Shown one piece after another: positions 39,532-51,109 of a stretch of DNA of 64,000 nucleotides. The stretch is taken from assembly GCA_038496445.1 (NCBI GenBank), contig JALMLS010000093.1, forward strand, positions 62,001 to 126,000, given 5' to 3'. Both the position numbers and the translations under genes were made by a program. Below the pieces are notes generated by a model. The model searched no databases and was not told the DNA's origin. It saw nothing but the letters and a program-made list of their open reading frames with translations. Source of the DNA: Trichosphaerium sp. ATCC 40318. Its lineage: Eukaryota > Protista > Tubulinea. Position 1 is the first letter of the stretch. Every line of letters begins with the position of its first letter.

Positions 39532-40656
39532 TTAAAAGAGTTGTTCTCCTTTTTTCCCATCTTTGACAAGATAATGAACCCATAGCTTACCGTTTTCACT
39601 CTTAAAAATACAATGTGTTGATAACTCACCACCATACAAAGCCCAATGTTTATACTCACCATCATACTGTCCATCAGACTTGAAACAATGAACATTCTTC
39701 TGTCCCGTTATGTACCAGCTCTTATATTCTCCTTCATCCTTACCATTCTTACGCATAGTCTCTGAACTAAGCTGACCAGTATCAAACCACGTTTTATAAA
39801 CACCTTGATCCTCGCCATGTTCCTTAAAACACCTTAACTTAATCTTTCCATTTTCATACCACAATCTGTACAACCCTTGTTTAACTCCTTTAACCCATGT
39901 ACACTCAAGCTGTATTTGGCCATTAGGGTGCCACTCCCGTTGGTACCCATCCTGTAAACCATCTTTCCAATGAGATACAGCACGTAGAGATCCATCAGGA
40001 TACCACATTTTATACTCTCCTTCAAGTCCATCGTCTTTCCAATGATACAACGCCTGTAACTTTCTATTCGATCTCCACTCTTTCTGTTCTCCATTCTTTC
40101 TATCTCTTTCCCAAAAGAGACTTGTCCTCAACTGACCATTAGAGTACCAATCTTTATGCTCTCCTTCGTGTTTTCCATCCTTGAAAAAACAGTTGAGACG
40201 CAACTGACCGTTCTCATACCATATCCTCTGTTCTCCTTCATGTTTACCATTACGCCAATTATAATGGCCTCTAATACTACCATTCTCAAACCATTCTTTT
40301 TCTTCACCTTGTTTCTTATCATTTTCGTAAAAACTCACGTTTCTTTTTTGACGTTTTATATTTAAAAAAGATCCTCCTTCAGATTCAGATGAATTATCTT
40401 TACGTTGATACCATGCATCATAAGAGCCATGTAATAATCCATTTCTGAAATGAAGACAAGCGCGGATATCAGGTTTATTAGGATTCCACCATAATAACCA
40501 TTTTCCGTGAGGTTGAAGCTTGTTATTGTAATGTGTACACATTGCCGCGCGTTTTGAAAGAACGTGATATTTTGAAAAAATTTCGCCGCTGTACTCTGAT
40601 ATATACATTTGTAATTCGATAGGTAGATTTAAAATATGCGAATATAGATCTAAAGA
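39532..40656 (-). CDS. MORN-variant (YwqK-like) repeat protein with F-box-like N-terminal motif; upstream exons unresolved
   Basis: About 11 repeats of W[YF]xNGQLx..xxWKDGxxxGEx[KR]x; frame extends upstream of 40608 to an AG acceptor, giving SHILNLPIELQMYISEYS. Confidence 0.85.
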   Translation of the reverse strand, partial: SLDLYSHILNLPIELQMYISEYSGEIFSKYHVLSKRAAMCTHYNNKLQPHGKWLLWWNPNKPDIRACLHFRNGLLHGSYDAWYQRKDNSSESEGGSFLNIKRQKRNVSFYENDKKQGEEKEWFENGSIRGHYNWRNGKHEGEQRIWYENGQLRLNCFFKDGKHEGEHKDWYSNGQLRTSLFWERDRKNGEQKEWRSNRKLQALYHWKDDGLEGEYKMWYPDGSLRAVSHWKDGLQDGYQREWHPNGQIQLECTWVKGVKQGLYRLWYENGKIKLRCFKEHGEDQGVYKTWFDTGQLSSETMRKNGKDEGEYKSWYITGQKNVHCFKSDGQYDGEYKHWALYGGELSTHCIFKSENGKLWVHYLVKDGKKGEQLF

Positions 40657-41608
40657 CTATGATTAGTGCATAAAATCGATAGCGGAAAAAATCGGTTACG
40701 TGTTTTTTTTTCTGTTTGGAAAAGTATTCTTTTTGCTTTAAAACGCGATAAAAAAAATGGATACGCTTTGAATTGGCGTGAAGGAGCGTTTTAGTTGAAT
40801 TCCGAGAAGTTCAATTTCAAATGTCGTTCTCCATTCTCTACAAGTATCGAAAAGTTCAGAAAATGCTTAGAATGGTAGTGAAATAACGTTTGAAGAATTC
40901 TGAGTTTGGTGCGTAAACGCGCATAAATCAAAGTAGTACAAATACACCCACACGATGTTTAACGTGTATCTTAGCGTTTAAAAATGATGTTCGCTAATTC
41001 TCCCTTGAGAAACGCACCATTCTGTTCTTCATCTGACGTATTATTTGTCTTCTTACGCCTTGGTCCATTTAACCCTTCAATAGCCGCCATTGCTAAGCGT
41101 ACAGTAAGCGCAGACATTATTGACTTATTTCTCTCTCACTGCTTAACCTCAAATGTTAACAATAGATGCCTCACACAGTTTTACGAGCGTAGTAGAGTAC
41201 CACAGATCTATTCCGTAAGATTACTGATCCCGAGTGCGGAAAAAAAGGAGTTTCTTCACAAAACTTGTTCCAACTAACTACACTCCTCTTGTTGACTATT
41301 ATTTCCTCGTAACATCGTACTTTGAATGGTTATTGTTTGTTCTTATGGCTGATTAGGTTACTGTGTTACCTCCACGCCAATTTACCTTGAAATTGTGGTT
41401 CCACGCACGAACGATTTAAAAGGTGATTGCGTACACAAAAAAAAGCTCAGCAGGTAAGAGCATGTTTCGAGTTTGTTATGCCTAACAAAACACCTTTTCT
41501 TGTTACCTTTTCTTTGTACAATCACAACGTGTACTTAAAACCCATTTACTTCTCAAACAAAAACACGTGATCATGAATATTTTTGATGAAATAGTGCCCC
41601 TTGTGTCG

Positions 41609-42351
41609 TCAAAGCTTGGATTGTTGCAACAGCTTTTCGTATATCACCAAAGGCCCATACTTTTCACCAATGTCACTAAACTCAGAGGCCACTTACAGGT
41701 ACCTGTTCGCCTGTAACCCAACTTCTCGTAATACTAGAAGTCATTTATAAACAACATCAAGTGTTAGTTACTTACCTTGAACAGTTCTGGTACAACAGGG
41801 TTAATGTGACACTTTACTTTAGTGCATGATTGACACATGGCGCGCCTCTCTACTTCTTTCACAATTGCTTTACCATAACCTTGAGCGAATTTAATGTTAA
41901 AACATTAACACGATTTGAAATCAACTGTTACCTTTTTTTTTGTGATACTTCGGCAACACAGAAAGCATGCCTATTTACATGTTTTTTAAAACTTGTCACG
42001 AATGAATTTGCGTTCTGAATACCTAGTAACATTGTATCTCCTTCTAATATAGTTGTCACAACGCCAACGAGTTCATTATGCTCTATTTTTCGGTCTTAGA
42101 AGTCTCATTTTGTTAATTTATGTAAAACGCACGTGTATACGCTAAAATAAACATTTCCTTTCCTTCGATAAGAACTTGGCGCAGTGAAGAATCAGGGAGG
42201 CGTATATGACCGTGTACTCGTCTATCGCGCTCAAAGGCGGTATTCACAAGCGTACATACGTGATCAGCACGTTCGTCTTACAACACATTATTTAATATCA
42301 GCAAGAGGGGCTGCTCTAACCGTAGTCTAAGTAATCTTCAAAACGTAGCAT
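41609..42351 (-). CDS. GNAT-family N-acetyltransferase (apparent frameshift in last exon)
   Basis: LVNTAF, NELVGVV, LGMLSVLPKYHKKGYGKAIVKEVERRA (motif A), YYEKLGY. Confidence 0.8.
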
Positions 42352-42499
42352 TGATATGACAGTTGTGAAAAACGCAAACTTTTGATAAGCAAGCCTTGAG
42401 TGTATCAAGTCATCTAAGAAACGTTTCAAGTTCAGTTCCTTCGTATTGCATACGTTGTACAATAATTATATATCACGTGACAAGACAAAGTCCGTTTGA

Positions 42500-44200
42500 A
42501 GAGCACTGCAGTTCCATGAGTCTGGAATATCCCAAAAAGCTGTTCAAAAGAAGGATTTCATTATTACAGGTAGTTAACCTCGTCTTATTGGCGTATTAAA
42601 CAGTGCATAAAACCGCCTTTTCTGTACGTTGACGCCACCTATTCCTGAAAACAACTTGTAGCATGAAAATCTGGTCGGAGCTGCTCCGACAACAAATACA
42701 GCTGCAGCAAGTGTTCGTGATAAAAAGGCTGGGTTTTTGAGTATTCGCACTTTGTTGTACTTTCTCCAAGTGTACCGTTCACTACACGCCCTGTACTCCA
42801 ATTTCAATACTCAACGAAATTCTCCCAACACTCAATTACGTACCATCACTTTGGTACAAAACACATTGCAGTATTTAGTACAACTTGGCGGATTGCAGTA
42901 AGTTTTTCAGTCCATAAATACTTGTTATACTGACCGCTGCACTTCGTGCGAATACCAAAACTTTGAAGCACGTGGTTTGAAGCGGCAATGTAACAGTATT
43001 CGCGCTACATAACGCATTGTACATCAGAGCATAGATAAAATATAAAAAAAAACCAAAAGACATATTGGGTACGATGTCATTGCGTGTACAGCACACGCTT
43101 GGTACCAATACATGTACTGATTTTGTTGACTTGTTAATATTAATTACAATTAACAGGTGTACTTTATACGAATAACCCTCTTGGCAGTGAGTACGTAGGC
43201 CAGTATCTTACGAATGGAATTGACTTTGCAGTTCGTTATTATAATACATCTTTGAAACAGAAACGAGTGCTCCACGCAGGTTATTCCAAGACTAGATAAC
43301 ATCGGTACCTTTAACCAATAATTAGTGCCCCTTTAACCAAGCCTACAACAGAAAAGTATTGCCTTGCTACACAAGGTGATCATTGCTGAGATTTAAGAGT
43401 GTTATTGATACCGTTGGGACAATCTCTCAACGAGAAAAATGATCGAAGGTACTTATTAGACGTGGACATTGACCTAAGGTAAGTATGGCTCTTTAGAATC
43501 TTAATACCTGTAACCTTTTTGTTTTAAATTTTAATTGTGATTTTCAGCCCTTGGCGATGTAGCAAAAGTAACCTTTGAAACTCCGCAATCGCAATTTCAT
43601 CACCTGTTCTTCATCACATAGAAAAATCAATTCCGCCCTTGTGAAAAAAACGGACATGTCACTTCTTTAAAAGGGCTTCATCTCGATTTTTCACAACTTT
43701 GGTGTTCTCCGGTTGGAGTCACTGCTTGAACTAAACGGACACATTACTAACCTAAAACACGTAAACAAAGCCGTAATTTTGGGTCCCACAACATGTTGGT
43801 TCAATAAATCACGTGGGCGTTTCGAAACGATTACTATTTTGACCATATAGGCGCGTATGAAGCCATGTCATGGCAAAAGAGGTATAGTTTCATGAAATCC
43901 CTTTTAGTTTAAAGTTTTATTATCTTTTTTACTAGTTTACACTGCTCACATACATGGCTAGGCCTTTGGTTTATTTCTCGGCTTTAACACGCACGATGAA
44001 GCTTATTTGCATACGTGCTTCACCGACTGAGGACGCTCTGGTGGCTCTTTGATCTAGGAGGTATTAGACTAGTTTTTTTTGGTATTTTGTCTAATTTCGT
44101 TTTGGCAGTCTTTCTCTCTGCGTGTATAGTCACCAAAGACGTACCCCTTCTGGTTAAGTAGGCATCGTTTCGAAACTCCCACGAAGGATTACGATGACGC
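42500..44200 (+). pseudogene. Probable decayed multi-exon gene, product unassigned
   Basis: Exon-like blocks with splice signals (VLYTNNPLGSEYVGQYLTNG; ATQGDHC*DLRVLLIP; GAYEAM) interrupted by stops and frame changes. Confidence 0.3.
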
Positions 44201-44951
44201 CAACCGTTTTTGCAAAAGTATGTAGGGCACTAACAGTCACATTAATAAAACAAAATTACATCCACAAAGAAAAAAAAGTTATTGTGTCCTCACTTGTTTG
44301 TTTATCTTGAAACGAAAAATCATCTTCTTCTCATCTCCAATGGTCTTTGTAGGCCCAAAAAGTATTTGACGCGCTCTTTTGCTCATGTTGTGTGGGTTTT
44401 AATCAGATATAAAATCTTATTGATCTATTTCTGGCATGTCGACTTAATGGAGAACCAACGCACATGTCCATACCAATCTCAAAACACCACTGATGGATTA
44501 TTTGAGCTACTAGAAGAATCACATATCGTCGGAGATATATCCTTGCTACAAACCTCCTATACTTCGTTTTCACACAGCCACGTATTCTACGTAGAAAGCC
44601 AAACCTAAATTTTTTTTAAACCGAAAATTGAGGGGTTGTGTGAAAAAAGCAGAAATGGCAATAGTTACAAAATGTCGGGTCACAAGCAAATCCAACTCTG
44701 GTTTTGTTCACGATAGCCGCCTATCAGTTAATGTAATTTCTTGGATTGGTTGACAGCTATGTTTCCTGGACAACATTTAAAAAAAACACGTGAACAAAAG
44801 TGAACATTCAGGCCAAGGTTATTGTAATCACCATTAGATTGTAACGGAATGTTGTAGTACGATAGATGAAGAACAACAAATGTGACAAGTTAAGCAAGGA
44901 TTTATTAGCGGTTTTAAGTCAACTTGAGGAAAGCACGACGTGGCAGTAACA

Positions 44952-47623
44952 ATGGAGCCTTTTGCTACTGAGGAAGAGACATTCTCTCTTCGTGCCAGGC
45001 AATTGCGTAAGTTATAACTTTCTTTGAGCCAAATTAGTACAGGAAGCGTAGTTAACGTTCGCGTTAGGCCTGGTTAAGAAAATGCTTGGTATGAACCAGT
45101 CGGAAGAAAACGTCGAAGGGTTTTACGTTTGGAAAATACTAATTTACGATAAAGAGTGCAGAGATATATTATCTGTGCTTTTCAAGGTTAATGAGCTAAG
45201 AAAGCTTGGTGTAACATTGCACTTGTGCGTTATTATCTTTAATCACTATAAAGCATTAATCTACGCATTATTATACGCTAAGGCGTACTAAAAATCAAAA
45301 TTGTAGGGATATTGACTCCAAGCGTGAAAGAGTTCCAGATGTACCTGCCATATACTTCGTGACGCCCACAGAACACAATATCGGCAAAATATGTGCTGTA
45401 AGAACACTAAACACGCCTGTTTAGTTTTTTTTATTTCAAAACGTTGCTAAAATACCATAAAACTATCTAACCAGCTTCAAGGACTGCTCTTATTCATTAT
45501 ACGATGAACTTCACCTAAACTTTTCTTCTACAATCCCTCGTCCTCTTCTCGAGAAGCTTGCACTCTCAGCGACTAAAGCGGATACTGTATCACTTATTAA
45601 AAAAGTATACGACCAATACCTCAACTTTGTAAGCCTAGACGACGACTTGTTTACCTTCAACATGCCAAATTCATACATTGATTTTCACAACCCACAAATC
45701 CCTGATGACGTCGCCAAACAGAATGTCAAACATATTGTTGACGCCTTGTTTTCAGTTATACTTACAATGGTACGTATGAGACATGTACATCGTAGGTGAA
45801 TTAAAGTATTTATTAGGGTGTTGTTCCAATTATTCGTGCACCTAGAAACGACTCTGCAGAGATTATAGCTGATATGCTTGATCAAAAATTAAGAGATCAT
45901 ATTGCTACACAAGGTGGCCTTGGTATAGATGATGTTGGAGTGTCATTTTCGCGTCCTGGTATGTCTCTATATCAGTAATGATTTAAATGATCACTTTGAA
46001 ATTACCTTTGTTTTTCTTTTGAGCGTTTGGACTCACACAAGTCTTTTTTTAGTTTTGATACTGCTGGATAGGAATATAGATTTAAGTATTAATTTGGCTC
46101 ACGCTTGGACGTACCAAGCATTAATCCATGATGTGATTAGCATTAAACTCAACAAATTAAATTTTGAGGTTAGAATTTTCAAGTTTGTCATTTTGCGTTG
46201 CATCTCTTTGCCCAACTAATCGAGTAACTAGAGTAAAGATAAACAAGGTAAATTAGTAAAACGTGAATATGATATGGACCACAATGATGAATTTTGGAGA
46301 GAGTTCATGACTGAACAATATCCAAAGGTTGCTTGTACGTTTTTCTTTGGTTTTTTTGTGGAAGCATGACGTTAAGAACTGTACACTTATTCTACTCCTC
46401 TAGCAACCATAGAAACAAAATTCAAAGCAATCCATGCAAAGTTTAAAAATGCTCCTCGCCATGACGACAAGTCATATGACAACGACGATGACGATTTTAA
46501 GTACGTGTTAATCATTAACCTTTAAAAAAAAACTTTGAAAAAAAAAAGCTGTTTTCGACTTTTTTTTTCTCCTTTGAAGTATGGTTCGTTATGTTAGACC
46601 CCGTTAACTTATTTTCTTTTTAGTGCACTGGATCGTGCAAGAGACTTGGGAGAATTCATTGAAAAGATACCGGAACTAACAGAGAAAAAGAGAATTTTGG
46701 GGCAGCACATTCATATTTGTTATAAACTTCTTGATGAGATTAAAGCCAGAGATTTGGATCAATTCTGTCGTGCAGAAGAAGCTATTCTCACAAAACAAGG
46801 GCTAACACCAAATGATGTTATGGAAATGTTGGAAAATAGTAAAGGATCCATTGAGGATAAGATGAGACTCTTTTTAATGTACTTTTTGACACATTCCGAA
46901 TTGCTTACAGAAGGAAATATTCGAGATATTCTCAATATCTTTGAGAAAGCTGGTGGTAATATCAATCCATACCACTTTATTAAACGGTACGCATTACTTT
47001 TCGCGTTTTTGTGGAGTCTGTGAGCTCTAGACAAGCTGACTACTTAAAACGAACAAAAAACGTGGAAAAAAAATTACCAAGCTAGATTTTTATTCTAATC
47101 GTGATCCAATAGGATAAAGGGTAGACACCTCGTAAATGATGAAAATTGGCTATCGAACTTATCCAAAACAGATTCCACTTCTGTTGTTGAAAAGGCACGT
47201 GATCTGACCAAGGTAGAAAATGTTTCATAAACTAACATATTTTGTTTTTAGTATAAATCAGCTTTTAAAAAGGTTGTCCGATCTAGTATGAAGTATATCG
47301 CTCCTGTCAACAAAGATTGCTTTGTCACACGTATTGTTGATAATATAATGTCCCTTAAAGATGAAATGGGTACACAGTCATACCTATACTTGGACCCAAA
47401 GTTCCCAAGGAACGCAACGCCCAGAAAAACGTCACCTTTCCAAGAATCAATGGTTTTCATTATTGGAGGCGGAAATTACACCGAGTATACCAACCTCAAG
47501 ATGCGCATGGCCGCTAATAATAACAGATGTGTCTATGGATCAACAGAGATGTTAAATGCAACTGAATTTTTAAGTCAACTCAGTAAACTGGCAGAATACA
47601 GCGGCAATTTTGAAAAGAAGTGA
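44952..47623 (+). CDS. SLY1: Sec1/Munc18-family protein Sly1 (SCFD1)
   Basis: [83 protein letters not shown]. Confidence 0.95.
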
Positions 47624-48459
47624 AACGAATAGACAAAAAAAAAAAAGCTTGTTTGATCCACACTCTTTGCTGTAAAAATAAATAAAAACAAAATAGACTA
47701 GTAATGAATGCCATTCAATGTGACTCGCACCGAGACGTAATTTTGTTTATGGTATTAACAAGAAGAGGTTGTAAACGCAACAAAATATTTCGAGATTTTT
47801 TTGTTTATTAAACAGGCAGATACAAATTTCCGTGTTTTCTATGGTTAGTGAGCGGTTTGCGCACGTGCCACGGGAAACAACTTTTTCCCGCCAATAAGCA
47901 CTGTGCAAGCTTAGTAGTCTTGACTGTCTTTGTTAGCGGTTGCGTGGCCAAGGAGCAAGCGTAATCGCGCTTGATAGTAATGAAGAACAACCCAGAGACG
48001 ATGGTCGATAGGCACGTTCACATTTCGAAAAGTTGAGGAGGCCTCTGTACAAGAATTAATGCCGAATCGAGGAGAGATGTAGTACCTGTTCACGTGTTGG
48101 TCGTAAGACAGCGATATTTTGTCGATAACGAAATTAAGAAAAAGCTCCTCGTATAAAACACCTGAGCGATTGCCAAACCAACAGACAAAACCATGGAGAC
48201 AAATACATTGGTAACACGTATAAATCTACAAAACAAATGTAGGCGCTCCGTTCGAATTACCAATGCACTATCCCCATTTTTGTATGCTGGTTTACCCCCG
48301 TTGCTTAGACCTTGAGAAGAACGTGAAATTATGTAAGTGGCTTATTAGACCGCACTTAATACTTTCCAGTATTTCTTGTATGGAGTACACGTGATTTAGG
48401 TTTAGAAACACTAAGGGTTTGGTAGATATTCATAAAGCTGGGCATACTACTCAGATAGT

Positions 48460-50773
48460 TTATTCTTGGGCATCAAACTCAATCCCCATGGCTGACATCT
48501 TTCTTATAAGCCCGCTTGGCGTATTTAGAGTATGTACGAACTGTCCTTCTCCTTTGTTGTATGATAAAAGACCAGCTCCATCACCGAACTTTACGATATG
48601 AACTGGATCTTTTCCATCCACTTTAAACACGTGCTCTTTCAAAATTGGATTGTCCTTGACACTCGCCAACACCTATCCAATCAATTTAATATTTTGGACT
48701 TTTCATGTATTATCACGGTTCCCGTACCTTCATAGGAGCAAGAGAAGATAAATTATGAGAAGCCTTAGTTGTTACAAAGCGTCCAGGACAGTTTGAAATA
48801 GGTTTCCAAACGTGCTTCTTCGACATTGTATCAAAAGAGATAACTAATCCATCTTTTAGACAAAAGTCACCTCGTATCATATACGTACCGCCTTTATATG
48901 GATCATGTCCTTGTACAATGACTGCCTCTACACAACCTGGAAATGTGTATCCCTGAAATTAGTGAGAACAAAGAAGATACCCCAACAAAAAGTTGGGTTT
49001 TTTGGCGGTTTGTTTTTTCGTGTGTACCTCAAAAGGAGACCAACCCACTTTGCTCTTAACCATGTGTCTATCAACTGTAACGGTTTCATTCATATTTATG
49101 ACAGTGAAAGATCCATAAAACCCTACAAAAAATGAACAAAAACAGTTGATTCTCAAATGAAAAAAAAACCCCAAACTTGCCTTCCTTGATTTGACCATAT
49201 TTAGCTTTTCCTTGATGGAACTGATTAAAGAAGTCACCTGGATTCTTACAAGCAACACGTGCGATATCCTTTAATCCGTTAAGTTACTAAAAACAGAAGC
49301 CAAGTTTTTTGGCATCAAAAAAAGGGAATCGGTACCTGAGGTGTAAATTTATGCTCTTTCATGAGCCACGCTGTTATCAATCCATACGTGTCTAATTGTG
49401 GTGTTCCGCTGGTACCGTTTAATTTAGCAAGACGACAACAAGCTTCCATATCTGATTCTAGTAGCTCTTTGTATGTTGTTTCTCCATTTGGAGAAAAGTT
49501 TTTAAACTTCTCTTGAATAGTATGTGGTGCATGGTCTGTAGCGATAAAATTAATGACACCTTCTTTCAGTGCTTCTATCAATTGCATGCGATGCTCTTTT
49601 GTTTGTAAAGCAGGGTTCATCTGAAGGTATGGCCATCGCTCTGGTCGAGCCTGTATTCCATACTTAACTCAAAGAAGAAAAAAGGGAGATGGACTTATTA
49701 TAAATCACGTGCCTTTAGCATATCGCTGTCAAAGAAAAGATGCAGTGGAGACACTTCAACAGTTGTATTGAACCCTTTTTTTCTGTGCTCTTTAATGAGA
49801 TCAAGAGATTTGAATCCGCAGGACCTTTGTTAATAACGTCAATAAGTAGTTCTAAAAAAGAAGTGCTAAAAGGTTTGGTTGGTACCAGTGGCATAGTTTA
49901 GCGTCAAGTTTGTAATCTTCGATTATCTTTAGGACATAAATCAAAGCTTTTTCAACACACTCGACAGGACGACGTTGATCATGAGTTTCTTTGGTCTTAT
50001 TGCACATTAAAATGTCATAGTCTTCCACATGAAAGCTCACTAATTATTTGGATAAATATTGTAATCCAAAAAAAGATGTCATTCTGTTTACCTGGTTTTC
50101 CTTGATACCTGACGAGCGTCTCACGAAGTTCTTGCTCGTTTTTAAAGAACAGAGGACCAACAGAGGGACCAGTATAAACCTTATAAGGTACGTTACTTGA
50201 TAGTGGAGATGTTCCAGGTCCTTTAGAGAGCAAAACGGTTAACAGACGATCATCTTTCGGGGGACACTACAATCAGTACGTACCAACACCACAATAGTTT
50301 ACGACGGATACTGGCATGTCTTTAGTTCGGGTTCTGTGCCAACTCAATTGTTCTTCGGTCAGCAGTGGATGTGGTGTGTTTGGCATTGCGCATACGTGAA
50401 CAACGCCTAGTGATGGTTAAAAAACGCGAAAACAATAGAAAACGCGAAAAAAAACAAAGAAAACTACGAACCTCCGTTAATTGCTGCAGCGCACGCTGTG
50501 TCGTAATCTTCTTTGTAATTTTGCGCGCCCTAAGACGAATTAGCGTTCTTTTCGCAATTATTCTCGTTATTTAACCTCTTTCTCCTCGCGTGCATGAATA
50601 TGTACATCACCCATACCAGGGAATATCAATAAACCTTCTTTTTTGTACGAGTAGGTTGCTTCGCCTAAATTTTCTCCAACACGCGTAATAATACCATTCT
50701 CTACTTCTACTTGCGCAGTAAAGTTCTTTTCTGGCCCTACAAACGTTCCCTCGACAATCACCTTGCTTGTCAT
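48460..50773 (-). CDS. Dihydroorotase-like amidohydrolase fused to a small C-terminal domain
   Basis: PGMGDVHIHARE, AAAINGGV..MPNT, FHVED, EVSPLHL, MNPAL, ATDHAPHT, SKVGWSPFEG; in-frame extension WKPISNCPGRF...HTLNTPSG. Confidence 0.9.
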
Positions 50774-51109
50774 TGTCTGAAAATGTGTAAAATCATCATC
50801 ACCTCGACTTAACATACTCACGTGACACGTGCTTCTAGAAAACTTAGAAGGACAACTTACCCAGACAAAAGGCTCTTACACACGCAGCTTGAAGGACTGG
50901 AATACGAATTAGTTTCAGCTGCACTTCTATTTCAGAACCCTCAATAGCAAGTGGCCATCCGCGCTTGTGTACTAAGATAACGCCTTGAAAATTCTGCGAT
51001 AACATTTGCAATCTTGAACACACCTTTATTGTGTCAGTGCAGAACCCCAAGTAGCCTAGTAATCGCTTTGCTGGTACATTTTCTAAAAATATTGGATTCA
51101 TTATCTGAA

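Noticed and set aside
43375-43400. In-frame TGA in HC*DLRVLL as possible selenocysteine
   Set aside because: Neighbouring segments also contain TAG/TGA stops and frame changes, and no SECIS was seen; decay is more likely
47800-48330. Short minus-strand ORF fragments
   Set aside because: No coherent gene model or recognisable motif
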